Shown here: positions 23,131-35,795 of the stretch, one piece after another
Layout of the letters: each line of letters starts with the position of its first letter
Numbering within the stretch: position 1 is the first letter of the stretch
Assembly: GCF_964204645.1 (NCBI RefSeq)
Contig: NC_134025.1
Span: 16,219,101 to 16,283,100, forward strand
Origin: Tubulanus polymorphus
Lineage: Eukaryota; Animalia; Nemertea
Reading direction: 5' to 3'
Length of the DNA: 64,000 nt
The notes under the pieces: model-generated
Told to the model about the DNA's origin: nothing
Seen by the model: only the letters and a program-made list of their open reading frames with translations
Databases searched by the model: none
Program-made: the position numbers and the translations under genes

Positions 23131-26012
23131 GAAAGGCTGAATCCAAGAACACGTCTATTGCAATTTTGAGCCCAAACGTCTACTTTTATTTAGTAGCCAC
23201 TTGAGAACAATAAGCAATTAACGATATCGGCTACTTTTCCAGTAGTATACAATTCAAAACAGTCACTTTGAAATAACTCGGTTGGTTTTCTATAGTGGCT
23301 GTTTCGAAGAGTCTACTATTGAAAGGTGACCATTTTAAAACATCTGGTATCGATAGTGCACACTAGCAGTAGAGGCAACAGTAAAACCACCTGCCTGTAA
23401 ACAGTGACTTTGTGATAGTAACTCCTACCATAACAGCTTCTCTCAACACGTATCATTTCTAAAAGTCAACTATTGAAAAGTGACCATTGGGAGATGGCTT
23501 GGTAATTTCCTGTTCAAAATAGTTGCATCTGTTAAAGATTTGCAGTGATACGTGACAAGGTTCAAAGGTACCGTTAAACCCTATATGCTTTGTATAGTGA
23601 ACTCTGTATGCTTTGAATACAGTTCTGTGAATAGAAAATCAAAGTTTTTGAGTTGCTAAGAATCCCCTAATTTATATTACGCCCAACAAAATGGCAATAT
23701 GCAATAGGAAAACTATTGATTTATATAACATCATCATGGATTCAAATCCATTAATACTAATATAGTGCAAGTCCTAAATTAGAATTTTAAGATTTTTGTT
23801 TTACATTTGCGATTATAAAACATTCTGGTGCGTTCATAAATCTTTGATTTTGTAGAAAAGAAAGATAAAAGAATAAATTTGTATTTTAGGCTTAATTAGT
23901 TTTTAAGGATATATGAGAGAGGAATATACTAATAAAATCACATATTCATAAAATGAATTACGTCCTATTTATCTCATTATCTGGATGAAGACTACACAAA
24001 ATATTCCGAAAAAATGTATCTTAAATACTAAGAATTAACCTTGAATTTATTGTTTATTTCGATACAAACGATTTTTTAGTAATCCATGTGATGTTCACTT
24101 TGTCACGCTGTTCATTGCTTGGTTGTGAATCGTTTTATTGCTTGCTAGAAGTGATTCCCTGATCAAATCTTATTTCATAGTTATAGAGTTTGGTTGAAAT
24201 CAAATTACCAACTTATTACAAAAGATCACACGATTAGTGTATCAAAGTGCACAGTTGAGATGTTAACGTGACTTTGAAATCAGCAATTTCACTTCGTTTG
24301 GCTTAAAAAGTGAAAGAAATACGGTAGGCTGTAATTCCAGTTTCGTATACTTTCCTACTTTGTTGAGTAAATTGTTTATATAGGTTATCAAAACCCAGCA
24401 GCAGCTATCGGTCAGCAGGTCAATTACACTGGCTAACTAGACAGTGATTGATGAACGAATGAACAAACAGCATTGGCCACCAAAAGACCTTGAACCAAAA
24501 GTAATTACCTCTTAATAGTAATAAACTTAGCACTGCAATATCTCTATGAGACTTTATTTCAAGGTGCCAATAAAATAATACGCCAAAACGTACGGTGTTT
24601 AAACTTCGCTGAATCGATGAACCAATGAATCGCTGAATTTTAATTATCAGTTATCAGTTTTTCCAACTAATCTCTTTTTCACAAATTATCGTAAAATAAT
24701 AACTACTAATATGTGGCACCATATTCGACGACAGAAGTGCATTCAGAGTAAGAATAACGTTACCAATCCTTGAATTTGGAAGCGAATGCGGGCTAGAACT
24801 AACAAAGGTACCGATTTAAGGTGCAGATATACAGGGAATCCCTATCATAGCGACCATCACGGTTGTATATCGCTTTGGTGTCGAAAAATGAACAATTTTC
24901 GACCTAAATGAGGACCGGAAGAAATCGAATAAAATACTATAATCCATAACTTACATATATAATACATATATAACTGTAGATAAATGAAGAAATTCCACAA
25001 TAGAATTTTGTATCATGAAATTTATCAAAGTTCAACCACAACGTTTTGGCTGCTGACTGATAGCCATCTGACTAAAAGCCCTTCTCACTAGGAATGTCTA
25101 CATTCCACCTAATGATGGCTGTTAGTCAGCAGTCGAAACGTCGCGGTTTCACCAAATTAAATCTTGAATACCATACAAAGTTTCTTATTGATATTAAATT
25201 CGATCGAATATGGGCTCGATTAAGATGATTTCTTTAGAATGTTTAAAATCAACATGGATATATATAGCATATTCTGTTTAAAAAAATATCAATGATTCAG
25301 CAAATTAGAATTCAGGGAAATTCGAACACATATTAAAATTAAGATGCAAAGACATCGAGGCCCCCGTTGAAAATAAAACCACCATTTCAATAATGAGAGG
25401 TTAGCCTGAATTTATGATTGTGCTTTCAATTTAAGAACTTAACTCAATAAATAAATGCAGACCTATGCTTGAAAATAGCTGCATTTGCTCAAATTGAAAT
25501 CTTCATTAAATTATATCGCCATGAAAAGAAGGAAATTTCGATTCAGATTAAAACTTTAAAAATATTGACAATTTGTAAACAAATTTAACTCCAATCTCGA
25601 CTTTTATTGGTTAGAGTTGGGAATCGCTCATTACATTTCACATACTCAAAGAGGATCTACAATATCTTCAGATCTTAACTGAGTCATTCTAAATGGGATA
25701 CACCCAAAATACCTCCGTCCAAAATCCCACACCCAGAATCCCTCCACCCAGAATTCCCTCATATGTATCCAAAATACCTCCACCCAGAATTTAAACAAGA
25801 GGCCCATGGGCCTTGAAGCATTGGTAGATTATACTGTGGTATTAAGTGGTTATAATGTTTTACATCTGCCGGCAAATCTTCTATGACGATGTTGATTGGG
25901 AGGACTACAGACTTAAAGGTCTATTTGTCTAGTACGATTTTATTCCTGAAAATGAATTTATTTTCTGCCGAACAATTTAGCCTAGGCTATTTGTACTGTT
26001 AAACCTCATTAA

Positions 26013-27761
26013 CTCTTTCCTGCCCGCTCCCGGTATGTATCGGGTTCAGGGAACCCGTCCATATTGTCCGCTCCCGGTATATACCGGATTGACGTCAGCA
26101 CTCATTCACCAGCGGCTGAGCCATACCGGGCACCGTACTAGCTAATAATTGTCAGAAAACCATCACACTAGGACGTGCTGCCATCTGCCGAATTGTTACA
26201 ACACTAATTCAAGAGTTTTAGGTGACGTTTTATGAATATAATTGTCGATTGAGTAGCCGTTTTGTGGAGCTGTTATTTCATGTGTTTCCTGGTTTCTACA
26301 TCGACACGGACAGCTGTACAGCAATTTTTTTGGTATCAGGGGCGTAGCCACCGGTGCGACAACTGCTACATATGTCGCACCAATAACTGAAAAACCCATT
26401 ATGCTAAAACGTCATAATAAACGTTATTCTGTATTTACATGGGGGAGTATCAAGTTCTTTTGAAGATGTCAGTGGTGCTAATACGGAGGCGTTGGTATTG
26501 CACTTGAGATTTTCGGTGTAGGCCACATCCAATCCAGTAACTCCAGCGAGTTTTGTTTATATTGTTTACGGTATCACATCTGGACCATGCACCTGACCTC
26601 ACAGTATCAAAGTTGCCGAATTCAGAAGACTTTTTTCATATTACTTTAGAGCGACTCAAACCGGTATTCTCCTGGTTATATTTCACTGATACTGTAGGTG
26701 TTTTTTGTTCATGAAAAATGGACCATAATAAGGAATTTGACCAAAAAAATTCTGCTCAAGTGCCGAGACATGGAAACCGAAAAAATCGAGAGAGTACCGG
26801 TATTGATGTACAATAAGCCAACATTAGGTTACCATTCATCAATAAATGGTCAAGGGCAGATCAAGCCTACCACTTGTATCGAGGGGTACTCAGGTTTGCC
26901 CTTCTATTTTTCTAGATCGTGATTTTGACAGGCTCTTGTACTAACATGAATGTTTTATTCCGGGCAAGTATTCTGGAAGTAGTATAGAAAAAGGTCTAAA
27001 TAAATCTAAACGAAAATAATCAACTTCAAGGGGGATAGACTTTATGCCCCAAATATGCTTAAAGATTGCATCTCAGAGCCTTGAAAAATCAAATTTTTCA
27101 GGGGGAGTGCCCCCAGGTCCCCCGTTTTGTGCTATGATATAGTTGCCATTCCAGTTCAGCAGGACTCAGAAACTGCACTGGGATGGTGAAACACCTGGAT
27201 CCGTCCCTAGACCAAAGATAACCTTAGAGGCATTATATTATCTACAGAATAATTATTCAAATATGAGCTCTCATAGCCATCAGAACGCATCACAGACGTT
27301 TTATATTCAAAATTTTCTTGGGGGAAGGCCCCCACACCCCCCTTCAAGACATCGCGCCTTCGGCGCTCGTTTTGATGTGCGCTCCGGATTGTCGCACCAT
27401 TGAATTTTAGGTGGCTACGCCCCTAGGTATGTATCGCTCATATACCTTACTGAGAATGCTTGCTTGATGCTTGACAGTATTTCTTTGTGATAATAGCATG
27501 ATTATTCGGGTGTTCTACGTCCATTTGTGGGCAAAAAATAGGGGTACTTAGTCATATATTTTATTTACAGAGGCCTGTGGGAACTGGTGGAATTTTGTAG
27601 CTTTGGATGTTGCCATTATACCCTGAAAATATCATATACATATTCCAAGTAATAATGTTTTTATAACAGTTTAGCTGAAAAAGGTCATTTATTTAAATAT
27701 TGTGAAAAAGTATGTGGGCACAGGATACTGGATATAAATAAAGTATCCGGGCACGAAAGGG
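26013..27761. mobile_element. Non-autonomous piggyBac-type element
   Basis: TTAA at 26009-26012 and 27762-27765; TIR CTCTTTCCTGCCCG / CGGGCACGAAAGGG. Confidence 0.8.
26337..27425. mobile_element. Nested non-autonomous hAT-like element with 5-bp TSD
   Basis: TIR CAGGGGCGTAGCCACC / GGTGGCTACGCCCCTA; GGTAT on both sides. Confidence 0.75.
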
Positions 27762-28039
27762 TTAATGCGATTCTGTTAAAAAGACGAAACTAGTTTATTC
27801 TGATGTTTTCCATCATGTCCCAGCCAAGATATTTATATCAATCAAGATTTGGATACAAAAACCCATTTTTACGCATGAACTGTTAGGCCCCACTAAATAA
27901 TGAAAACAAAAACCGAACGATTTTACTGAATGCAATTGCAAGACCCTCTGATCTTAGAGCTCCAAGCTCTGATGCATGTACGCATGCAAAACGTCGCAGA
28001 GAGCGATGCCGGCATTGGTGTCACTGAGGCCAGCTGATG

Positions 28040-28262
28040 ATTGTTTGTTTGTCTTTTTGTTTGTTTGGCTTTACCTCCGTCGTTTGGATTTTGGTTTCCC
28101 AAGACTATTCCTAGTGGATTGTTCATTTAACCTCACGATGGTACGGCCTTTAAGTGTTGCCCGCACACTGTTCGCAGCCAGCAGGACTCGAACCCACTTG
28201 CAACACATCATTGATAGTGGATTCAACAGCATCACGCCTTATCTCACTGAGCTACCGAGGCC
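28040..28262 (-). mobile_element. tRNA-derived SINE
   Basis: Minus strand has an A box-like GTAGCTCAGTG, B box GGTTCGAGTCC and a (CAAA)n tail; no proper acceptor stem. Confidence 0.65.
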
Positions 28263-28627
28263 ACTCGATTCAATTCCAAAAAACTACAGCAGAGGCAAAT
28301 AACCATCGCAATATTGGAATTTACGACAAACAACGCGTAAATTCAATAACTGTTGTTTAACGCATGGAAAAGATAATAAAAGGTATTTTTTCCCGGCGCG
28401 CATTACAAAGGGAATCTCTGCCGAGTGCGTAAGAGGATGCTACCGCCTTATGAGTGCGCAGCAGGCGGGTAGGGCGTCCTAAAAAGAAAACTTATATTAG
28501 AATATAGCCGAATCGAATTTTACAATGTCAGTCAACTGATTGATAATACAACATGGTTGTTCTCGGCATACTTAACAATGATATTTTCCTCCAATAAACA
28601 ACTCTGGTAAAATTGAATAAAATGATC

Positions 28628-30247
28628 TATCGAATTTTCCGGTGTACAAGTCGACCCGGTGTATAAGTCGAGGTCAAATTTTCAGATTAAAAAGTTGTGC
28701 TAGGGCTATAGTCGGTGTATAAGTCGAGTCGCTTCTTCATGTGTTTACATATGTCACATTGAAAACAGTGCCGATGTCATTCTCATAGTAGTTGAGAGTC
28801 TTTACCACTGTTTGCATTATTAAATCATTGGGATCTGTTGTTTCTAATATTAAAGTACCGGATTAGTGCTCATTGTTTGTATCCACGTGTTGAATGTATA
28901 GTGTATACGTTGAATCAAGCCTGTAAATAATTTTTTTGCCAGTGCCTGCCACATGTCAGGCACCAACTATAATGCTGCCTGACATTAATGAGTTGGTGCC
29001 TGACATAAATGATTTTGGTGCCTGCCATTTAGCAAAGTACTACTGTTTTATAGAGAATTTCCTAATTCCTTATTGGGCGGATACGATCTGACATAAAAAA
29101 TCACTTCCTGATCTATGCCACTCTAATGCTCTCAATGATCGTCAAAATCAAGAAAAGTGGTCGATATTTATTTGAGGTCATTATTTACTACCAATTATAA
29201 TCTATTTTGAACTATTTTATTTTTACTTTGATTGTTCCATCGCCGCACAGCGGCAATGGTATACATTTATATAACGCGCGCGAGTTCATCGTACTACCAC
29301 GTTTCAGTTCATACATTAGTATGCAAATCAGCAGTGAGCCGCGTACTGTGTGTATGGCTGTGTGTATAGTAGTCAGCTGAGTGAGTCTATATATAGCACA
29401 GTCACTCGGCGATGATAGTATACACAGCACTCTCACACATCGGCGGGCGCTATTGTCACCCTCTTTAATCGTCAATTAAGACGAACTAATTGACAAATCA
29501 GTGAATTAAAATCTCTGATGAAGGGCCTCGGCTTATTGGGCGAAGCTTTATGAAATCCATGTATTTTAGGCTAAAAAACTGCCCTCGACTTATTGGCCGG
29601 AAAATACGGTAGCGCGATTTCACCGCAATAAGCAACGGAATTGATCAGAAGACAACTGGCGCGATTTATCGCAATAAACATCGGAATTAATTGATCGGTG
29701 ATAGGAAACGGCGCTATTTATTTTCATATCGGTTCAAAAAAGCTAAAACTATTAGAACCATGAAAATTTTCGTGCCGGTCAGTGTGACAGGCAGGAGTGA
29801 TTTTGCAACGGACATCGTAGCGTTTTGAGCCGGCCAATGTCCGTGACCGGCTGCTTATTTACAGCCTTGTGAATGCCGCGTGCGTGTAGTCTAGTATTAG
29901 ACTCACTGTGTATTAATTATTGGCACGCTGCCACAGCATCGCGGCTTATATAAACACTGTACAATGAATATACGCGGGTTTTCTTTCTCTTTTGATTTTT
30001 AACATTAGTTAATTTTGAAACATTTCCAAACTATAAGAAACTATTTTTATCAACATCCTAAATTCTAATTGGTATATGAGTGTAGCCTTACATAAATTAA
30101 CATTCCATTTCATCATGGCGACCTTGAACTCTAAACATTGTCAGTTTAAACGATATCGAAAGTGTAGCCGGTGTATAAGTCGACCTACGTTTTTTGGACA
30201 TGATTTTTGGTCTCAAAAACTCGACTTATACACCGGAAAATACGGTA
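28628..30247. mobile_element. Tc1/mariner-pogo-type MITE containing nested insertions
   Basis: Left TATCGAATTTTCCGGTGTACAAGTCGA, right TCGACTTATACACCGGAAAATACGGTA. Confidence 0.7.
28916..29869. mobile_element. Nested non-autonomous hAT-like element with 5-bp TSD, itself holding a partial pogo-type MITE (~29071-29611)
   Basis: TIR CAAGCCTGTAAATAA / TTATTTACAGCCTTG; TGAAT on both sides. Confidence 0.75.
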
Positions 30248-31079
30248 TCTTTATTGGTGATATCGTATCATGGTGGTAGCCTACCGTTTACCGTTCGATG
30301 TTTCGTGTCATCATGAAATGGTTTTAACTTTAGTAAAGGCATTCCCGCACGATCACATACGGGTTTCAGTCACGAGTAGGCTGCCGTTCCACTGCCCTAG
30401 AAATACGTATTCTGACGCTGAGAATTAATCCCAAATAATCCCATGTTTTTCTATTCAGAAGAGGCTGTTCCCCATTCTTTACTGCCAATGTCAATGCGGA
30501 CATATTGCTACGCGATTGTTTAACCCGCTCTCATCTACCAGGTAATGAACGAGAAAAATGCGATCGAACAACTTTTTGGACCAGTAAATCAGAAATCTTG
30601 CGACGCTATGTTGTGGGGAATAATTGAAACAATTTTTTTAGTCATTTTCAGCTGTTTCTAATGTTTTACGTGAACGGAGTGACAATTTGAAGTTACTATG
30701 AAAATGAGAAGAGTCGGCGCTATTTTTTCGTACTACTATTTTTGATCCATTTTACTAGCATTGGCATGACGTCATAGACGTCAACCAATGCTAAAAAAAT
30801 TGCCCATGGGCAAAGTGTGGTTTACCTTGAAAGCTAGAGGTTGTTGGGAGTAAGGGCATTGCTTGAAAAATCTTTTTAATTCGTGACTTCAAAGTTCCAC
30901 AAGTATATTGTATTTAATCTTTCTTAAAGAATTATTTTGTAGTCAAATTAGACCAAAGATATACATTTGGTTACGGTCCACGTCCAAAAGTTTGTAGGGT
31001 ACAGGTAGGCGTGGCAGGGAAATTATTTTATATTTTCAAAAAAAATATGTTTCACAATATGAAAAAAATATTCAAATAA

Positions 31080-31642
31080 GGCCATCCCAAAATAATTGTC
31101 TGTTTGCGGTAACACCGACTCAACTTTTCAGGATGAGTCGGTAGGTTTTTTTTGCTTAATTGTTGGGCAAAAAAACAAATTTATCACCTTTTTACATGGA
31201 AACAATATCGCAAAAATCATCTACGTTGTGCACGGGAAATTTGTCTAATAGCGTAGATTTCAAGAATTATTTTAAAATTATAACTTCGTCCAGAGTGTCA
31301 TCTCTGTGTTGAAAATAAACAGTACATTGAATATGTGCGCGGTTTTACGTTACCAGCTTTGACATAGTCACTATGAGAATAAATGGCAGCTTATTGGAAC
31401 ACTGCCAGTTTCCTGGAAAACTTAAATTAGGCCACATTGACAAGGCATGTTTTCACACGATGCACACTTGAATTCGAACATATATAATACGTAGCTCATA
31501 CGTAGTAGGCAGTGGGTCGGTCGGCCGTTTTTATGAAAAATAAAATTTATTTCAATGAATCCCAGAAAAAAAGTTTTCACTCGGTACCTTTGAAGTCGGG
31601 TCGGTCGGGTTACGGCAAACAGACCATTAATATGGGATTGCC
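31080..31642. mobile_element. PIF/Harbinger-type MITE
   Basis: About 40-bp imperfect TIR GGCCATCCCAAAATAATTGTCTGTTTGCGGTAAC; TAA on both sides. Confidence 0.7.
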
Positions 31643-33898
31643 TAAAAATTCATATGATGTCACATATCAGAGGGTGGCTGAATATTGGGTCATGGAAACC
31701 TCTTCCAATGTTGGCTGCGGAAGTTAAAATAGAAGAAGAAATCGGTTATTAGATCGTTTTAAATCCTGGAATGTACGACTACAATATTCAGACCCCGACC
31801 TATACTTTTAGTTTGCTGCTTTATATTTTCAGGTCACAAGAAATTACAATTTATTACAAATTCTATCAAACAGAAAACACAGCGCTCATCTTCTGCTACG
31901 ATTATGCAGCCTATTTTCATGTCAAACGCGCAGGCGTTACAGCATCACCTTTAGTGTACTGTACGAGCTTGTGAGTGTAGCGCGCACAGGTGGAGGTGGA
32001 GGTGTAAGTGAATGTTCGCCTACACTTCAATGTCAATCAAAACAATCACCGGGTATTAAAATGAAACAATACCTATGGCGGATGTGTGAAATAATTACAT
32101 TCTCACCAGCAATGAGCATTTAAAATTTGCACGTATACGGCACCTAGTCCAATGAAACTTAAGCCATATGGCTTTCCCATGATTATTTTAGTAGCGCCGG
32201 AATTCCCCGTATATCCCAAAAACAGCCAATCCCATTCGAGACGACGCACCCCAATCGAGGTCATTTATACGCCAGAGCTAAGAATTTTCCCGCCAAAACA
32301 GTTTTTCGTAGAATTTTAACTCAGTTGACCATGTACATCGACGGAGGTTCGCCATGTCTTCAATCGCATCAATTATACGTCGTTTAAGCCGAGAACCAAT
32401 GAAACAAATGCTCACATAAAAAAACGTACCGCGATTTCACATGAATTGGCTCAATGCCAACCTCATATCGCTGACCAAGGTAAACCAAAAATACTATAAT
32501 TCTATTATTTAGATGTATAAGTACCACCAATATTGACTATTAAACATGTATAGGATTATATATAATGTATTACAGTATATATAAACCTATACTGAATAAT
32601 AATTGAATAACAATTAATGATAATGTTCACTTGCAATTGGTTATGGCTGGGAAATTTACAAATCGACCCCCAATTTGAACAAACAATGAGATGATTGTAG
32701 AATATTAATTAGATTATACATGATGTAAAATGAGCATAATTATTGTTGCTGTAATGTTTGTTTGTTTATTCTTTGTAGCAAACCATGAATACATAATAAA
32801 TAATGTGTTTGAAACATTCGCTGTAGTTAGTCTAGATCGTTGCCAGTCGCCTGTCAGCCAAGGCACGACATATAGGTTCCTAATTTTGTCCTTCAGGCAT
32901 AAACCCATTAGATCTAGGACCTGGAGGTATTTTGGAAACTTATGAGGGTATTTTGGGCGGAGGTATTATGACCCGGATTTGACTGTAAAACCACCTGCCT
33001 GTAAACAGTGACTTTGTGATAGTAACTCCTACCATAACAGCTACTCACAAAACACATCGTTTCTATAAGTCAATTATTGAAAACTGACCATTTTGAGATC
33101 GCTTGCCAGATTCCCTGATATCACTACACTGTAGCAACATATGCTTCATATTTGCAGTGATACGTGACTTAAAATATATATAAAAAACTTAAAACCCGCA
33201 ATAACGGATGAACGGACGATGGACACAGTGAACGCAATAGCCGCTGGGACTTAAGTCCCAAGTGGGCTAAAAACTTATTTCACTGTATGAAAAACGCGCG
33301 TGCTGTCACAGTAGCGTGTGCAGCTTAAAACAATAGTGATCTGCCAGCGTGCGCTAGTTTCCCATAGTATACACTGACATGGCTAGATGCGCAATATGTC
33401 TGCAGTACATGAATAAGGGTACGCCAAACTGCCATACAACTCAGCGATAATTTCAGTCTTTCTGTAAAAATTAAAGGCTTTCAAGAACATTATCCGCCGA
33501 CCTTTCAAATCTAATGTAGTCTAGATGTCGTCATCTGCATATTAATTCACTTTGTAAAATAAATTTATCCAAACAAATTCGTAATAAAATATTATTCAAA
33601 AATCTTTTTAATATTATTGCGATCAACTTCTATCAACATTCAACCCAATACAACCTAATAACGAAATAATATTGAACACAAAGTGACCGGATCTATTTTT
33701 TGCAATGTATTTAACCCCATTTATCAGATCATTCGTTAATTCAATGACTGTAAGAATGGTGTGCTTTTGTTCATGGTAAACATACACAAACACGATCCCG
33801 ACACGCTCGTAATAGCTCTCTCGTTCCTTGAGAGCTAGCTAAAAATGGGTAAATAATTTATTGAAACTTTGATGGTATTTGCTCAACACTTACACACC

Positions 33899-34915
33899 TT
33901 ATAAGTACACCACCGCAGCATATCCTTGCTCGGATACATCAGAAAATCCACGAAGTGCACATGAATTGAGATCACTACTAAACATTACACAGCGATTATA
34001 TTTGAATCCATTTACTATACGCATATCATTCTGCCATTTAATCCATTGTTCGAAAATAAAGTCAGGAATACAATTGTCCCAACCCCAATTAGTAAGCAAT
34101 CAAACAGCATAACTTGTTTAGTTACAACACAATCCTGTTTAAATGGACAGATATTTACAGTTAATTCCATAAGTCTTCAGATGAAATGAATCAAACTTAA
34201 TATTGAGACTACCCTGAATTTCATACTTGTGCACAGGTACCAATTTCAACACTTCAGGAGAATTGGAAACAATCTTTCTCAAATCGAAACCCGCTGATTT
34301 CAACAAAGAAACTAAATCCGCTAATAGATTTATAGCATATCACGCAGATCTTTCTCGGGTAGTGCAGTCATCTACATAGAAATTACTCTCAATGACTTGA
34401 GAAGTCATTGAAAGTCATTGAGAGTGATTCTTTAGGAAAGTCATTGATAGTGATTTCTATCGGTAGCTTTAGAAAATGCCCGGGCCTCATCATGGGCCAG
34501 CTGTTACAAAACACAGGTGGCGTGATACACGGCGATGCTATCCCAAATGTAACACGATGTGTCATACAATAATGTACCACAGATTCCGACTTATTCCCCT
34601 GCCAAACGAACCTGTGGAAGTCTCGATCACTTTTGTTGAGACATACTTAATGGCACAATTTTGCTAAGTCAGGGGTAAACGCCACAGAATGAATCCGGGA
34701 ACACAAAATAATTTTCAATAAATCCTGTTCCACACGAGGTCCAACCATCAACCGGTCGTTAAGCGAGACACCAGTCGATGTTTTAGCCAAAGCATCGAAC
34801 ACAACACAAAGCATTGTGGTCGTACTACTTTCTTTCAAAACGCAATGATGAGGTATATAATATACATCGCATGGGTGTTTCGTCACGTTATTCACTAATT
34901 CCGCATGACCCGACT
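33899..34915 (-). pseudogene. BEL/Pao LTR retrotransposon pol fragments
   Basis: YYIPHHCVLKESSTTT..VVFDA..GVSLND..GP and FSDVSEQGYAAVVYL. Confidence 0.85.
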
Positions 34916-34929
34916 TAGATATTCCCTAA

Positions 34930-35795
34930 GGCGCCTCTTTCTAATTACTTGCATTTCGGATCCGCCGCCGAGAATTCCAGGTATTCCCGAGAATATTTTT
35001 TATTTTCATGTCTGCTACCCACCCTAACAAAAAATGGAAATAAGAAAAATAAGAAATAAAAATCTTTTATCTCATTTTCTTATGCGTTCCCTGCGAGTAT
35101 TTTCTATCCCAGTGCGAAAAAATTTAACAAATTACAAGCATCTTACACACGTATTGCAAAAAGGTTTTCTATCGGTTATGCTGACTGTGCAAGGACTCGA
35201 GCCCACAATTAAATCGTGCCGTCATAGGCTGCCACATGGCACTGAAACTTGGCCTGTTTGTGAATAATGTATTGTTATTTAAGAACTTGACGCAACTAAA
35301 ATAAATGTGAAGCTTGAAATCTCATCAGTGTGTCAATTTAATCCTATTCTTTGTGGATTTATAAACTGTCTAGTGAAATGGCGTAAGTTCCAGTCCGTAA
35401 TAGTCTGAGTGACACAGAGCAGTTGCGATACATCTCCATTTAATTACACGGTTTTACTTGACGCTGTAGATTAATAGAGAGCCATTAGCTATCCTATATA
35501 CTTGAGATGAAACTGGAATTCTTACATGACTGGATTCTCGGCTATCGATCTGAAATCCAAGCAATTCATAAAACAGCTCAATTACTATGGAATTCTTAAC
35601 TGGAAAATGTCATTTTTTAATTTTTTGTGGATTCCTTTGAATTCTGCCTAAAGAAATAGTTTAAAAAAGAGATAAGTTTTTTTTCTCTTCCACCCACATA
35701 AAAGTGTACACCACCTCAGAATAGATAAAAAGTTTTTTTTTTCCCATACCCCACCGAAGATTTCCTCCCAAAATCCAAGTAATTAAAAAAGCGCC
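34930..35795. mobile_element. PIF/Harbinger-type MITE
   Basis: Imperfect TIR GGCGCCTCTTTCTAATTACTTGCATTT / AAATCCAAGTAATTAAAAAAGCGCC; flanks TAA and TCA. Confidence 0.55.

Larger units (their letters stand above)
25794..33273 (+). mobile_element. Putative non-autonomous Helentron-like element expanded by nested insertions
   Basis: Start AACAAGAGGCCCATGGGCC; end GGACGATGGACAC..ATAGCC..GGGACTTAAGTCCC..GGCTAAAAA hairpin. Pairing of these two ends is inferred. Confidence 0.45.

Noticed and set aside
28175-28262. Functional tRNA gene
   Set aside because: A and B boxes are present but there is no acceptor stem, and a SINE body and (CAAA)n tail follow.
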